Position numbers and translations under genes: made by a program
Shown: positions 9,962 to 21,485 of the stretch, piece by piece
How positions within the stretch are numbered: position 1 is the first letter of the stretch
Layout of the letters: each line of letters begins with the position of its first letter
Notes under the pieces: generated by a model
Databases searched by the model: none
Told to the model about the DNA's origin: nothing
The model's input: only the letters and a program-made list of their open reading frames with translations
DNA from: Selaginella moellendorffii
Taxonomy: Eukaryota > Plantae > Lycopodiophyta
Assembly: GCF_000143415.4 (NCBI RefSeq)
Contig: NW_003314266.1
Span: 3,682,004 to 3,746,003 of the forward strand
Length of the DNA stretch: 64,000 nt
Direction: 5' to 3'

Positions 9962-12900
9962 ATGGCGTGGGGGAGCACTCTCTGGAGGCGCGTCAAGGTG
10001 TTCCGGGTAGCATTGCAGGTCTTCTTGGATTACAGGGTGCGTATCTCTTGCTTTTCGAGAGCTTGCGAGTGATCCACCGGTCGAAAATTTCCAGGCCGCG
10101 CGCAAGAAGGCCGCTGGATTGCCCAAGGAGGATCAGAACCTGCTGTGGGATCGCATCCACCACAGGAATGCCGAGCGCATTTTGGCGGCAATCACCGAAT
10201 TGGAGGGATTGTGGGTGAAATTTGGGCAGTATCTATCGACTCGAGCGGATGTTCTTCCGGAAGCTTACATCTCCATGTTTCGCCAGCTCCAAGACTCACT
10301 ACCTCCTCGTCCCATTGCCGAGGCAACTTGCTTTCCTCGTTTTCTTTTTTTTTTTTTCTCTCTCTTTATTGATCCTTCTCTTTCGTCAGGTAACCGCTAC
10401 TATAGAGAAGCAACTGGGAAAACCGTTGGACGAGCTGTTCTCAGAGTTCGACCGGAAGCCTTTAGCTACTGCCTCAGTCAGTTTCTTTCGCCTTCGATTC
10501 TTTTTTCTTGTCTTAGAACTCAAGCAACGTATTGCTTTTTCAACACAGATAGCGCAAGTTCATCGGGCGCGCATGAAGGACGGCCGTGATGTTGTAGTGA
10601 AAGTGCAACATCAAGGCATTAAGGAGTGCGTATTACAGGTTCTACATTTTAACACCTTTTAGAGGTATTTGTAGCGTAGAGACTTAATTCTCATGCCAGC
10701 CATTGATCGGGAGTCGCTTGTCCAGGACTTGTACAATGCACGAGTGATTGTTGAGTGGGTCGCATGGGCGGAGCCTGATTACGATTTCGGCCCTGTTCTA
10801 GACGAATGGTGCAGAGAAGTTCCCCAAGAGTTGAATTTCAACCAGGAAGCGGGTATGGACATTTCCATGCATGCTTTGTTTTTTATTTCCTTCAACTACT
10901 TCTACTTTTCTTCTTCTCCAGAAAACACCAAGAAAGTAGCACACAACCTCAAATCATGGACCAAAGACGGTACCATCAGTATCGATCCTGTTGATGTGCT
11001 TCTACCTGAAGTCGTTCAGGTTCATGTTAAGCTTCTTGAAAACCAAGCTGCTGTAACTCGAGTTTTGTTGTTGTTAACAGTCAGCCGAGAAAGTCCTGAT
11101 TCTCACGTACATGGATGGAGTTCGCATAAATGATGTGGCTGGCCTTGATAGACTAGGCGTGGACAAGCAAGCTGCTGTCGAAACTATCACCCGGGCATAC
11201 GCTCACCAGATATATATCGACGGATTTTTTAATGCCGATCCTCATCCTGGTGAGTGAACTGAAACTGATTCCTAAAATGCTAACATCTTTTCGTGAACAG
11301 GGAATTTTCTAATAAGTACTCAACCACCTTTCCGACCAATTTTACTTGACTTCGGGCTCACAAAGTCCATCTCATTGCCTTTTAGGCAGTCACTGGCGAA
11401 GATGCTTCTTGCTGCTGCGGAGGTACGTCGAAAACAAAACAATGCGTGCTAACACTGCTTTGTGTAGGGAGATTATTCTGCTTTGTTGTCCGCATTTTCT
11501 GAGATGGGGCTTGTTCTGAAGCTGGACATGCCAGAAGAGGCGATGGAAATCACCAACTTTTTTTTCCGTCGTTCTTTGCCGGCTGAGGAATCTGTGGTAA
11601 GGTTGTTTTACGTATTTGGACTTTGGGAACATTGAAACTTGACAGGCCGAAATGAAAGAGCTCGTCAAAGATAACGATAAGCGCATCCAACGTTTAAAAT
11701 CCAGGATGGATAGTAAAGAGACTCTTCGTACTCCAGTAAGTGGTCATGTTTCGAATATTTAAAGACCAATTTCCGTGACGCTTTCAGGTTTCTGCTTTCC
11801 CAACTGACTCTGTGTTTTTCATGCGAGTCCTAGGCCTACTAAGAGGTAAAGCTCTTGTGACTTTCAGAAAGAGTGGAGATTCATTAGGATGTTGCAGGAC
11901 TCTCTTCGGTACTCGGTGCGAGAGTGGTTTATCTTGAGATCATGAAGCCATACGCAGAAGCAGTACTATATAGGTTTGTACTGTTTCTATTTGCTGTAGT
12001 TTGACACGAAATTAATTGCAGTGGTGGTCGCTCTAATGGTGGGAACGAACTACCAATTTTTGATAGTCCATTGCATTCTCAGGCTGAGGTCAAGCTCCAT
12101 CAACTTTTACGTGAGATGCACAAGCAACAACGGATACTTGGTGTTCAAGTAAGTTTTTTCTATACCAGTTTTGTTTAGAACAATGTTTTCCAGGTTTGTG
12201 CGTACAAGGATGGGAAAGTTATCGTCGATACAGCGGCTGGTTACCTTGGAAAGTATGATCCTCGCCCGGTGCGTTGTGACAGTTTGTTTCCGGTGTTCTC
12301 CGCAACAAAAGGAGTTACGGCGGCCTTGTTACACTGGCTTGCAGATCACGGGTGAGATTTTTGCGGTTATGCCACTAAGGCTGACATACTTTGTTTCCTA
12401 GAAAACTATCGCTGGCGGAAAAGATTTCCAGCATCTGGCCCGAGTTTGCGGAGAATCACAAGGACGCTTGCACAGTAATATTAAATCTTAGATTTTCCTT
12501 GTGAGTCTCATTTTCTGTATGACAGGTTGCACATGCCTTGAACCATACCTGTGGCCTACAAAATGCGCTGTATGATGTGCTAAGGAAGAATCCTCTGGCT
12601 ATGTGCGATTGGAGTGAGATGCTAAAGCTCATTGCAGCCGCCAAACCAGAATCACCCCCTGGCCAAGATCAAAAGTACCATGCTCTTTCTTTTGGATGGA
12701 TATGCGGTGGGATAGCTGAGGTACGACGTTTCTTTGACAGGCCTCGTGCAGTTTTACCTTTCTTTTTCTTTACTTACAGAAAGCCACCGGGAAAACATTC
12801 CAACAACTTATCGAAGAAGCGTTTGTTACACCGCTGAAGGTTAATGGCGAGTTTTACGTCGGCATTCCTCCTGGTATAATCCAGACATTCTCTAGTCTAT

Positions 12901-13763
12901 GACATGCGTTATAAAACAAACGTTTCTTACTGGCAGGCGTGGAGGAGCGCCTCGCATCGCTCACTTTGGATCCCGAGGAGCTCAAGAACATACCCGCGGC
13001 ATCCGCTGCTGCTCTAAGAACGCATCTCTCGACGCTGGAAGTAGGGACGACTAGTGATGGCGTCGGACCGGCGTCACTCGAAGACTTCCTGACAAACGGA
13101 TCGCCTCTGTCCGTGAGCTCGCTGCCAAGCCTTTTCAACATGCTCTTCATCAGGCGGGCAACCATCCCAGCTGCAAACGGCCACTTCTCGGCCCGGGCAC
13201 TGGCGCGCTTCTACGCGACGCTTGCAAGTGGTGGACGCGTCCCCCCCGGCACGTCCTCGTCCAAGCCACCTCTCGGCAGCCACGCTCATCGACCGCACCT
13301 GGGAGGATCCTCGAGCACAGCCAAGAGGAAAAAGGGATCCCGGATAACAGGAAAAAATTGCTGCAAGACGAGGAGCTTGTCATCGGACTTGAGTGGGGGC
13401 CAGATCCACTTCCAGGAAGAGGAAGACGCACCGGCAAAGATCTTCACCAGCGGTGACATCCACGACGCGTTTGTAGGGGGCGGGAAGTACAGCGGCCTGG
13501 TTGCTAGAGACAGCGAGAAGTTTGGGCTTGGGTTCTGGAAGCTCAAGACTGGTGATACTAGCGCAGGCGCAGGGAAGAAGATGGCATTTGGACACTCTGG
13601 GATTGGGGGCTCGTTTGGCTACTGCGACCCCGACAACGATTTCGCGGTGGCGATCACGGTGAACAAGATGACGCTCGGGCAAGTGTCGGGTGATATCGTA
13701 CGACTCGTCTGCTCGGAGATCGGGATCCCATGTCCACTGGCGATGGAGAGGCCTTCCCAGTGA
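9962..13763 (+). CDS. ABC1/AarF atypical kinase fused to a beta-lactamase-like domain, copy 1 (multi-exon)
   Basis: MAWGSTLWRRVKVFRVALQVFLDYR, VKFGQYLSTRADVLP, ATASIAQVHRA, VVVKVQH, DGFFNADPHPGN, LDFG; then FPVFSATKG (SxxK), YHALSFGW, PAANGHFSARALARFY and FGHSG. Many short GT/GC-AG introns. Architecture matches Arabidopsis At5g24810-type proteins as recalled. Confidence 0.92.
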
Positions 13764-14298
13764 TAGATGGTCCAGGTATCAAATGGGTCAAATAGTAGAA
13801 ACCTTAAACGTTGCATGGGAAGTACTTATAAAACGAAAACAAGTCTTGGCCTTACGGTGGTCAATGCTGATCTATCATGAAAACAACTTCCTCGAATGCT
13901 TGTCCTCTATAGCCATTCACCACGCCTCTTCAGCCCTTGACTAGAAAACCACCATCGCTCCAATTAATTTGTGGTCAAGAATATTTTTTAAAAATATTTT
14001 AACCGGTTATTTGGATTTTGCATGAAAAACAATGTTTGTACTTAACAATTGGTGGTGTAAAAATAATGTGCAATCAGATCATGTTTTTATTTCATATATT
14101 TCACATTTTTTTCCAGGCCGCGTAGAACCTCCTTCCAAAACCTGCCATCGTTGCTATACCTACAAAATCAAGTGTCATGCTTCATGTGGGAATGCAGATC
14201 AGCTACTCTCCTAAAAGCCATTTCATCTAGTGAAGCTTGCCTATTCTGTTGCTTTAATAACCTAAAAGAATAGTCTTGACCGCACATCTAAGGGTTTC

Positions 14299-15149
14299 AT
14301 GGCGGCTTGGCAAGAGCGATGGGGCAGAAGCAGCGTACCGTTTCCATGGGAGGACGTGAATCTAGAGGAGCTACGGAACGCTCTCCCTTGTGTTCTTGCA
14401 AAGGTCGAGCTAAGCAACCAGTGGCTGCTTGAAAACTCTGCCATCATTGGTTACTCAGGCTGGCTCATGCAAGAGCTACGGTCGAGGGAAGGATGACGGT
14501 TGCGCTGGATCTGGACAACACACTCATCTCCTCCACGTCAATTCTGCTGCACCGGCGGAGCCAGTGTGATTTGGAGGTGAGAGATAATGGCAGTCGCAAG
14601 TGCATCAAGAAGCGACCGCATCTCGACGAGTTCCTGGACGCCCTGGCGCTGTTTGCCGAGGCTGTGCTCTTCAGCCCGGCCCCCTACGCAGCTCGATCCT
14701 CGCGGGACTTGCTTCCGGTACGTTCTTGGCCTCAGTGATTGCACGCTTGGCACGACACCCGCCTCGGCAAGGAGGCGGTGTTCAAGGATCTGGCCATCCT
14801 CGGCAGGGACTTGCGAAAGGTTGTGCTGGTGGACAACGACCCTGGCTTCTTTTGCCAACCTGGGAGTGGCAACGAGATTGTGATTGGGAAGTTCACTGGG
14901 TAGAGGAGCGACGACGAGCTTCTCAAGCTACTTCCTGAGTTGCAGTCTCTGGCACAGCTCGACGACGTGAGGCCTGCTGTGCGCACTTATCAGCAGCCTC
15001 CAGCACAAGGTAATAATAGTTCACTTGTTCTCGATCTAAAAGCTTCAATGGTGTTGGTTTTCTACGTAGTTGTGAGAGGTCAAGGGCTGAAGAGGACGTG
15101 GCGAATGGCTATAGAGGACAAGTATTTGAGGAAGTTGTTTTCATGTTAA
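14299..15149 (+). pseudogene. CTD small phosphatase-like (NIF/FCP1 HAD) pseudogene, copy 1
   Basis: VALDLDNTL (DxDxT), KKRPHLDEFL, KDLAILGRDLRKVVLVDN and DDELLKLLP are spread over several frames, with an in-frame stop (GGG TAG AGG). Confidence 0.85.
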
Positions 15150-15257
15150 GGTTTGGTGAAGTTGACGATTAGAGTTAATTGACCATAACTAAGACTTGTA
15201 TTCGTTTATAAGTTGACTCAATGCGACGTGGGGTTTTTTATTTGATCCATTTGATGC

Positions 15258-15440
15258 AGAAGGAAACAAACCCGGAAGCGGGTATATCCAAAAGGTGGCA
15301 GCAAGAGACATCATGACCATCGTCGCGTGTGAAGGGCTGGATCGAGTGGACGCGTATCGCATCTGGGATGCTCGGGTGAAGCGAGCAGGCTTCGAAGGGG
15401 TGGCACTGACGGAGGAGATTTACGAGAAAGTGAGTGGCTC
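15258..15440 (+). pseudogene. 3' fragment of GRAS type B (inverted duplicate of 36415-37833)
   Basis: AARDIMTIVACEGLDRV..YRIWDARVKRAGFEGVALTEEIYEKV matches the GRAS-B C-terminus. Confidence 0.85.
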
Positions 15441-15499
15441 CAGCACGAGCAGGCACAAAGAAGTTAAAGAAAGAATGTAGCTGGTTATAGGCACAGGGT

Positions 15500-16714
15500 G
15501 GATGACTGGTGTTTGAAGCGCGCTAGCTTCTCAATCGGCTTCCAGACGCTCAAAGCATTCAAAACTACGTCTTTCTCGTCCATTCAGCAAGCCAAATTCT
15601 CGCAAACGGACATAACCATCTCGAGCGCTTCCGAGCCAGGCGGTCCCAGGTTTTGCACGAGGAGATGCGCTCCACATATGGCAGACACCTCGATGAACTT
15701 ATCCATGAAGTCAAGCTGCGACTGGTCGATCAACCCGAGCTTCATCGTCTCCTCGAACGACTCCAGCCTCGCCAGGAAGCTCCTCCAGGCCCTGTCGAAG
15801 CGGTGGATGAAAAATGGAGAGCTTATGTCAGCGTGCACCACGGACTGGAACAACATAACAGGCTTGAAGCTGAGGATCTTCTCGAAGAAGAGCTTCCGGG
15901 GCTGTCGATGATCCCGTTCTCGCAGACGTGCCGCATCCAAAGGATGATATCTCGGCTGCGCTGACTCCCATGCCACGGTGGCGATGGAGTGCAACTCGAG
16001 GTGCATCCCACACGTAGTCGACCAGCCGGTTTTCTCGAGGTTGACACGGGACGGGAAGTTAATGCCGGTGATCTTGAATAGTGGCAGCCCCTCGGCTCTC
16101 TCGGACAGCGCCTTGATGAGCGACGGCCACTGATCGCCATAGAGGACCCCATAGTCAATTATGTGGACGCGCTTGGCAGGATCATCTGGTTGGAAGCGCT
16201 CCATGGCCCGGAGGCTGGGAAGATTCATCCGGATGGAGATACTCTGCATCCTCGTCACGTCCTGGTGCATCGCAGCGTACATCCGCCGAGCTCCACACCC
16301 GGACAGCCTTCTCCACTGGACGCAACTGAGGTGAGGCTAAAGTTCTGATCTCTCTCACGAGCTCATGGACTTGGGTAGAATTGTTGGCAGCCACGGCGGG
16401 CGCAGTCCATGAGCCTTAAGCTGTGGAAAGAGACGGTGCGGAGGAAGAGAGGCGGCGTCCACGGACGAGGTACTGCTAGCACAAGAATTTGGGAAGAGAC
16501 AAGGAGACAATTTCCGTGAGCTCGCAGAGCAGTACCTGGTAAGAGGTTTGCTGTTGTTGTGGCAACTTGAGGAGGAGCTCCAAGCCATCCTTTTCTTCAA
16601 GTATTCTGGTGAGATAGTCGAGCCGCGAGCAATCAAAGAGGGACTGCTGCTCCTGGGAAGAGATTTGAGCCTGGACCGAGCGGCTCGCAGTTGTAAGCAT
16701 GGATTGCTGTCCAT
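15500..16714 (-). pseudogene. inverted GRAS type A pseudogene, copy 1
   Basis: MDSNPCLQLRAA, RVHIIDYGVLYGDQWPSLIKALS and FIHRFDRAWRSF, with many short deletions and frameshifts relative to 29741-31168. Confidence 0.9.
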
Positions 16715-16971
16715 TTGTACAGGAGTGGCCTTAGGTCGGTAATTTACACTTAATTTTAATGCAACTTTGAATATAGAATAAATGGTGATCTTTCACTAAT
16801 GTAAATTAAAATCTTTTAATCAAGATTAGTCTTCGCATCACAGATGACAAGTGTTTTCTTACTATGAGGATTTGTTTATTTCATGAAGATGGCTATAACA
16901 ATCAATTTGTGATTGTCAATATGAGGCGTGGAATGGGTGGCACCCGGGGTCATGGAAAGCCCTAGAATTAG

Positions 16972-18010
16972 TCACTGATGCTTTGATCTCCCGGAGCAAA
17001 AACTCTGTGGTCTCGCGATGTCATCAAACTCATCGTCATAACGACCATCATCTTTAGCTAGAAGTAGCAGCAGTGGCAAATAGAGCGTAGGCTTGATCTT
17101 CTTCACGCACTCAAGGACGCTGAACCAGGCTTTGTCGCTTATCTGTGACGAAGAGGCACACAAGATGAGCATCTCGCTCATCCTCTCTCTCACCAAGCAG
17201 CCATTTGCGAATATCTCATAAAAAATCCGAGGTATTCGATTGAAGTCCCTGGCCTGTGGAGCCTTGATGAGCATCATGTAGAAGGCCCGCCTTTGGAAAC
17301 ACGGCCAAGTTCTTGAGCTTGTCACACATGGCCGCGACCTCCACCACCATACCTTTGGTTCATCAAGATCCCGTAAGTCATATGATCTGGCTAATGCTTC
17401 TCCTCTTCCATCTCTTGATCAAGCTCTCTGCCCTCTGGATGTTGTCACTCTCTACACACACCTTGGGCAACGTGTTGTAGATGAGCTTCCATTTCTTCCG
17501 CTTGATGGTGTTGTAGGGCCTGGTGTACATGTCGATGAGGATGCTAAGAGTTATCTCCGACGGCTCCAAGCCATAGCTTGCCAGCTTGTCAACATCCCTT
17601 GGGCGAGCGTGACTTTCCTTGCTCATCCTAGAGTTCCAATCAAAATGTTAAAGAGAACTTGATCTTGCACTTGCTCCATGTCTGGAAGAGCCGCAAGATC
17701 ACTTGTTAGTCCCCAACTCTCGAGTAGATGTTTGTGATCACACCAAGTTCAAGATGAGGGAATTGCCCACCTGGATCTGGACTCGATGGTCACACCAAGT
17801 CGGGCTTCCAGTTCTTCCGCATTATCTGGTAGAGGTCCATGGTCTCTGCCGTTCTCCCAGCCTTCCCGTAGAGGTCGATCATGACACTGTATGTAACTCT
17901 GTCAAAAGAAACCCCGGTTTCACAAAGCCGGTGGAACCAGGCCATGGCATTCTTAGCTCAACCGCAACACTTGGAACAGCTAACGAAGATGCTGAAAGTG
18001 TAGTTGTCCA
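16972..18010 (-). pseudogene. P-class PPR-like pseudogene, copy 1
   Basis: GLEPSEITLSILIDMY, LIYNTL and AFYMMLIK fragments in several frames. Repeated at 28417 and 33408. Confidence 0.65.
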
Positions 18011-18491
18011 CTCCCTTATATTAAACCCTTGTTTTTAGTAAAGAACTTTACCACTGTGCTGTAATATATATCCCCATACCAAGTATACATCCCCTCTTGC
18101 GGACTTTCCACACTTTGTCTTTTATCTCTGTAGCAAAATAACCTAGTCCACCAAATCTCCTCCTTTTCAATTCTCAATTATATTGTTTAAAGACTTTTTA
18201 ATCTCAATTAAAAAAATTATTTTGGAAAATGTCAAACATATAGCTCTCTCCAAAACTACCACTATAGAACAAGGTTGTCGGGAATGGCTGTTCGGTGCAA
18301 TTAGTAGGGACAACAATCTATATGAATAGTGGTGTCTTAATTTGGACGATGACAGCTTATCTAATCCTATGACAGCGTACAACTGATGAATACCTCCTAT
18401 GCTTAGCCACTCGGAGGGAAATATAAACATCTATTCTACTACATTCAACATAAAGATAACAGTGTAAATTCTTGACCTGTGGCTATTACAA

Positions 18492-19923
18492 ATGGACAGC
18501 GATCTATGCTTGCAATTGCGAGCCGCTTTGCTGCGCCATCAAATCCCTCTCGAGCCAGTCCAGGCTCAAATCTCTTCCCAGCAGCATCACTCCCTCTTTG
18601 ATCGCTCGCGGCTCGACTATCTCACCAGAATTCTGGAAGAAAACGATGAGGAGCTCCTCCTCCAGCTGCCACAACAACAGCAAACCTCTTACCAGGTACT
18701 GCTCCGCGAGCTCACGGAATGTCTCTCCCCCAATTCTTGTGCTAGAAGTTCCTTGTCAATGGACACCGCCTCTCCTCCTCATTCTCTCTCGCGCACCTCC
18801 ACCGTCTCCTTCCACAGCTTGCTCATGGACTGCGCCCGAGCCGTGGCTGCCAACAATTCCACCGAAGTCAATGAGCTCGTGAGAGAGATCATAACTTTAG
18901 CCTCACATCAGTCGCGTCCGGTGGAGAAGGCCGCGCTCTACTTCACCAACGCGTTCGTCGCGAGGCTGGCCGGGTGTGGAGCTCGGATGTACGCCGCGAT
19001 GCGCCAGGACGTGACGAGGATGCAGAGTATCTCCATCCGGATGAATCTTCCCAGCCTCCGGGCCACGGAGCGCTTCGCCAACCAGATGATCCTCGATGCC
19101 TGCCGTGGTGCCAAGCGTGTCCATATCGTCGACTATGGGATCCTCTACGGCGACCAGTGGCCGTCTCTCATCAAGGCGCTGTCCGAGAGAGCCGAGGGGC
19201 CGCCACTGTTCAAGATCACAGGCATTGACTTCCCGTCCCTTGTCAACCTCGAGAAAACTGGAAACCGGCTGGTCGACTACGCAGAGTCGTGTGGGATGCA
19301 CCTCGAGTTCCACTCCATCGCCACCGCGGCGTGGGAGTCAGCGCAGCCGAGATACCATCTCTTCAGCGAGCTTCTCTTCGTCAACTGCCAGCTGAGGATG
19401 CGGCACATCCGCGAGGACGGGATCATCGACAGCCCCCGGAAGCTCTTCTTCGAGAAGATCCTCAGCTTCAAGCCTGTTATGTTTTCCAGTCCGTGGTGCA
19501 CGCTGAGATGGGCTCTCCGTTTTCATCCACCGCTTCGACGGGGCCTGGAGGAGCTTTCTGGCGAGGATGGAGTCGTTCGAGGAGACGATGAAGCTTGGGT
19601 TGATCGACCAGTCGCAGCTCGACTTCATGGATAAGTTCATCGAGAAGTGCGCCATGGGTGTCATTGCCTGTGACGGGCAGAACCGTGTGGAGCGTATCTC
19701 CTCGTACAAAACCTGGGATCGCCTGGCTCGGAAAGGCCAGTTCGGACAGCTTCCAGTCAGCAAACAAGCGCTCGAGATGGTCATGTCCGTTTGGAGCGGA
19801 CACGAGAACTTCACGTACGGAATGGACGAGAACTGGCTGCTGCTTGGCTGGAAAGACGCAGTCTTGAATGCTTTGAGCGTCTGGGAGCCCATTGAGAAGC
19901 TACCGCGCTTCAAACACCAGTGA
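18492..19923 (+). pseudogene. GRAS type A, copy 1, frameshifted (possibly by sequencing error)
   Basis: Near-identical to intact 29741-31168, but two T5 runs are T4 (~19482-19485 and ~19520-19523), splitting the ORF into 18492-19634 and 19567-19923. Confidence 0.85.
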
Positions 19924-20200
19924 TCCACCCTGTACCTATATTCTTTCTCTAACTTCTTTGTTCCTGATCGTCCTAAACCTTGGCCACAAATAACTGGCAG
20001 TTATTTAAGTGCAAACATTGTTTTTGGTGGTGTAAAAATAATGTGATGTTTTTTATTTCATATAATCCCTCCAAAAGCTATACCTACAAAATCAAATGTC
20101 ATGCATGTGGGAATCCAGATCCTAAAAGCCTTTTTAATCTAAGTGAAGCTTGCCTGCTTTAAAAACCTAAAAGAATAGTCTTGGCACATCTAAGGGTTTC

Positions 20201-20392
20201 ATGGCGGCTTGCGATCAGCGTACCGTTTCCATGGGAGGACCTGAATTAGAGGAGCTACGGAACGCTCTCCCTTGTGTTCTTGCAAAGCTCGAGCTGAGCA
20301 ACCACGAGCAGCGCCAGTGGCTGCTTGAAAACTCCATTGATTACTCAGGCTGGCTCAGGGAACTGCTAGAATGCAAGACGTGCGGAATGGCA
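20201..20392 (+). pseudogene. 5'-only fragment of the CTD phosphatase-like gene at the duplication junction
   Basis: EELRNALPCVLAKLELSNHEQRQWLLENS.. then an abrupt switch to sequence matching 8942 onward. Confidence 0.8.
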
Positions 20393-21485
20393 CCACTTTG
20401 TGCGCGGGAATGGTGACTTGATACTCCGATTGCCTTTTAGACGTCAATGCCTTGTGTGAAGCTCCGGGGGCTTGTGGTGGTGACGCTCTCCGTGCGTGCG
20501 AGGCTCACGGTCATGGTGGCCACCACAGCCATGCGCGACCACCACCACTGGGAGAAGATAGCGCACTCCAAAGATGGACTGGTGACTATGAAATGGGCAT
20601 CAGGTCATCTGTAGTTGTAGCTTTGAATACATTCTCCCTTCTGGTGTACTAGCGATTTGTAGAAATGGCAGGCCTGATGCTGCTGCTCAGTTTGATCGGG
20701 GCGAATCATGATCTTGAGTCTTGTTCATGCGCAGCGAAGGTCCCATTGCTAGCCCAGTGCTGAAGATAAATTCTCCATGGCCAATAGTCCTCCACTTTGC
20801 CAACTTATACTGGGATTTTGTATGGAGAGACGATGATTCAAGCCAACTTGAAGTTTGTGTTGAAGGGGTAGTTTTGACAATAAACATCTCTAACGTTTGG
20901 AACGGTGACAAGCAAGTTTAGAGCTGGATAGAAAGTTCAGCATTCGAGCTTAGCAATAAGATCGATTTACAACAGCAAGTACGGAGGAAATTGTAAATAA
21001 AATTGAAGTGTCAACCTCATTTTCTTGATTTTCTTTTCATTTTTTCAAATTTTTTTTTCACAGAAAAAGGTTGTTCTAGTTTCCACAGACTATACGACTG
21101 TGACCAGTAAAACAAAAGCCACTAGGCCTAGTTATATAGAGACGATATTTCAAAGTGTTAATCAGGTAACTGGCGGTTATTTAAATTTTGCATGAAAAAC
21201 AATGTTTGCACTTAACAATTGGTGGTGTAAAAATAATGTGCAATCACATCATGTTTTTATTTCATATATTTCACATTTTTTTCCAGGCTAGTATTTGTCA
21301 ACTTTTAGAGTCAAGGTCTTTAATGATACTTCCAAGAAGCATGGTTGCTTTTGCGAGCGACGCAACCGTCAGATTTTGGACTCGATTCTAATCGTACGAC
21401 TGTGGCTCGGAGCTGCCTTTTCAGCCGACATTTTCGGACATGGCGATCGCAGTGGTGGAGAGCGAGCTAGGGTTTTGGAGACCAA

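Larger units (their letters stand above)
8942..20392 (+). repeat. segmental duplication unit, copy 1 (~11.4 kb)
   Basis: Collinear and highly similar to 20393-31805: same unknown relic, ABC1K, phosphatase relic, inverted GRAS, PPR relic and GRAS-A. Confidence 0.9.
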
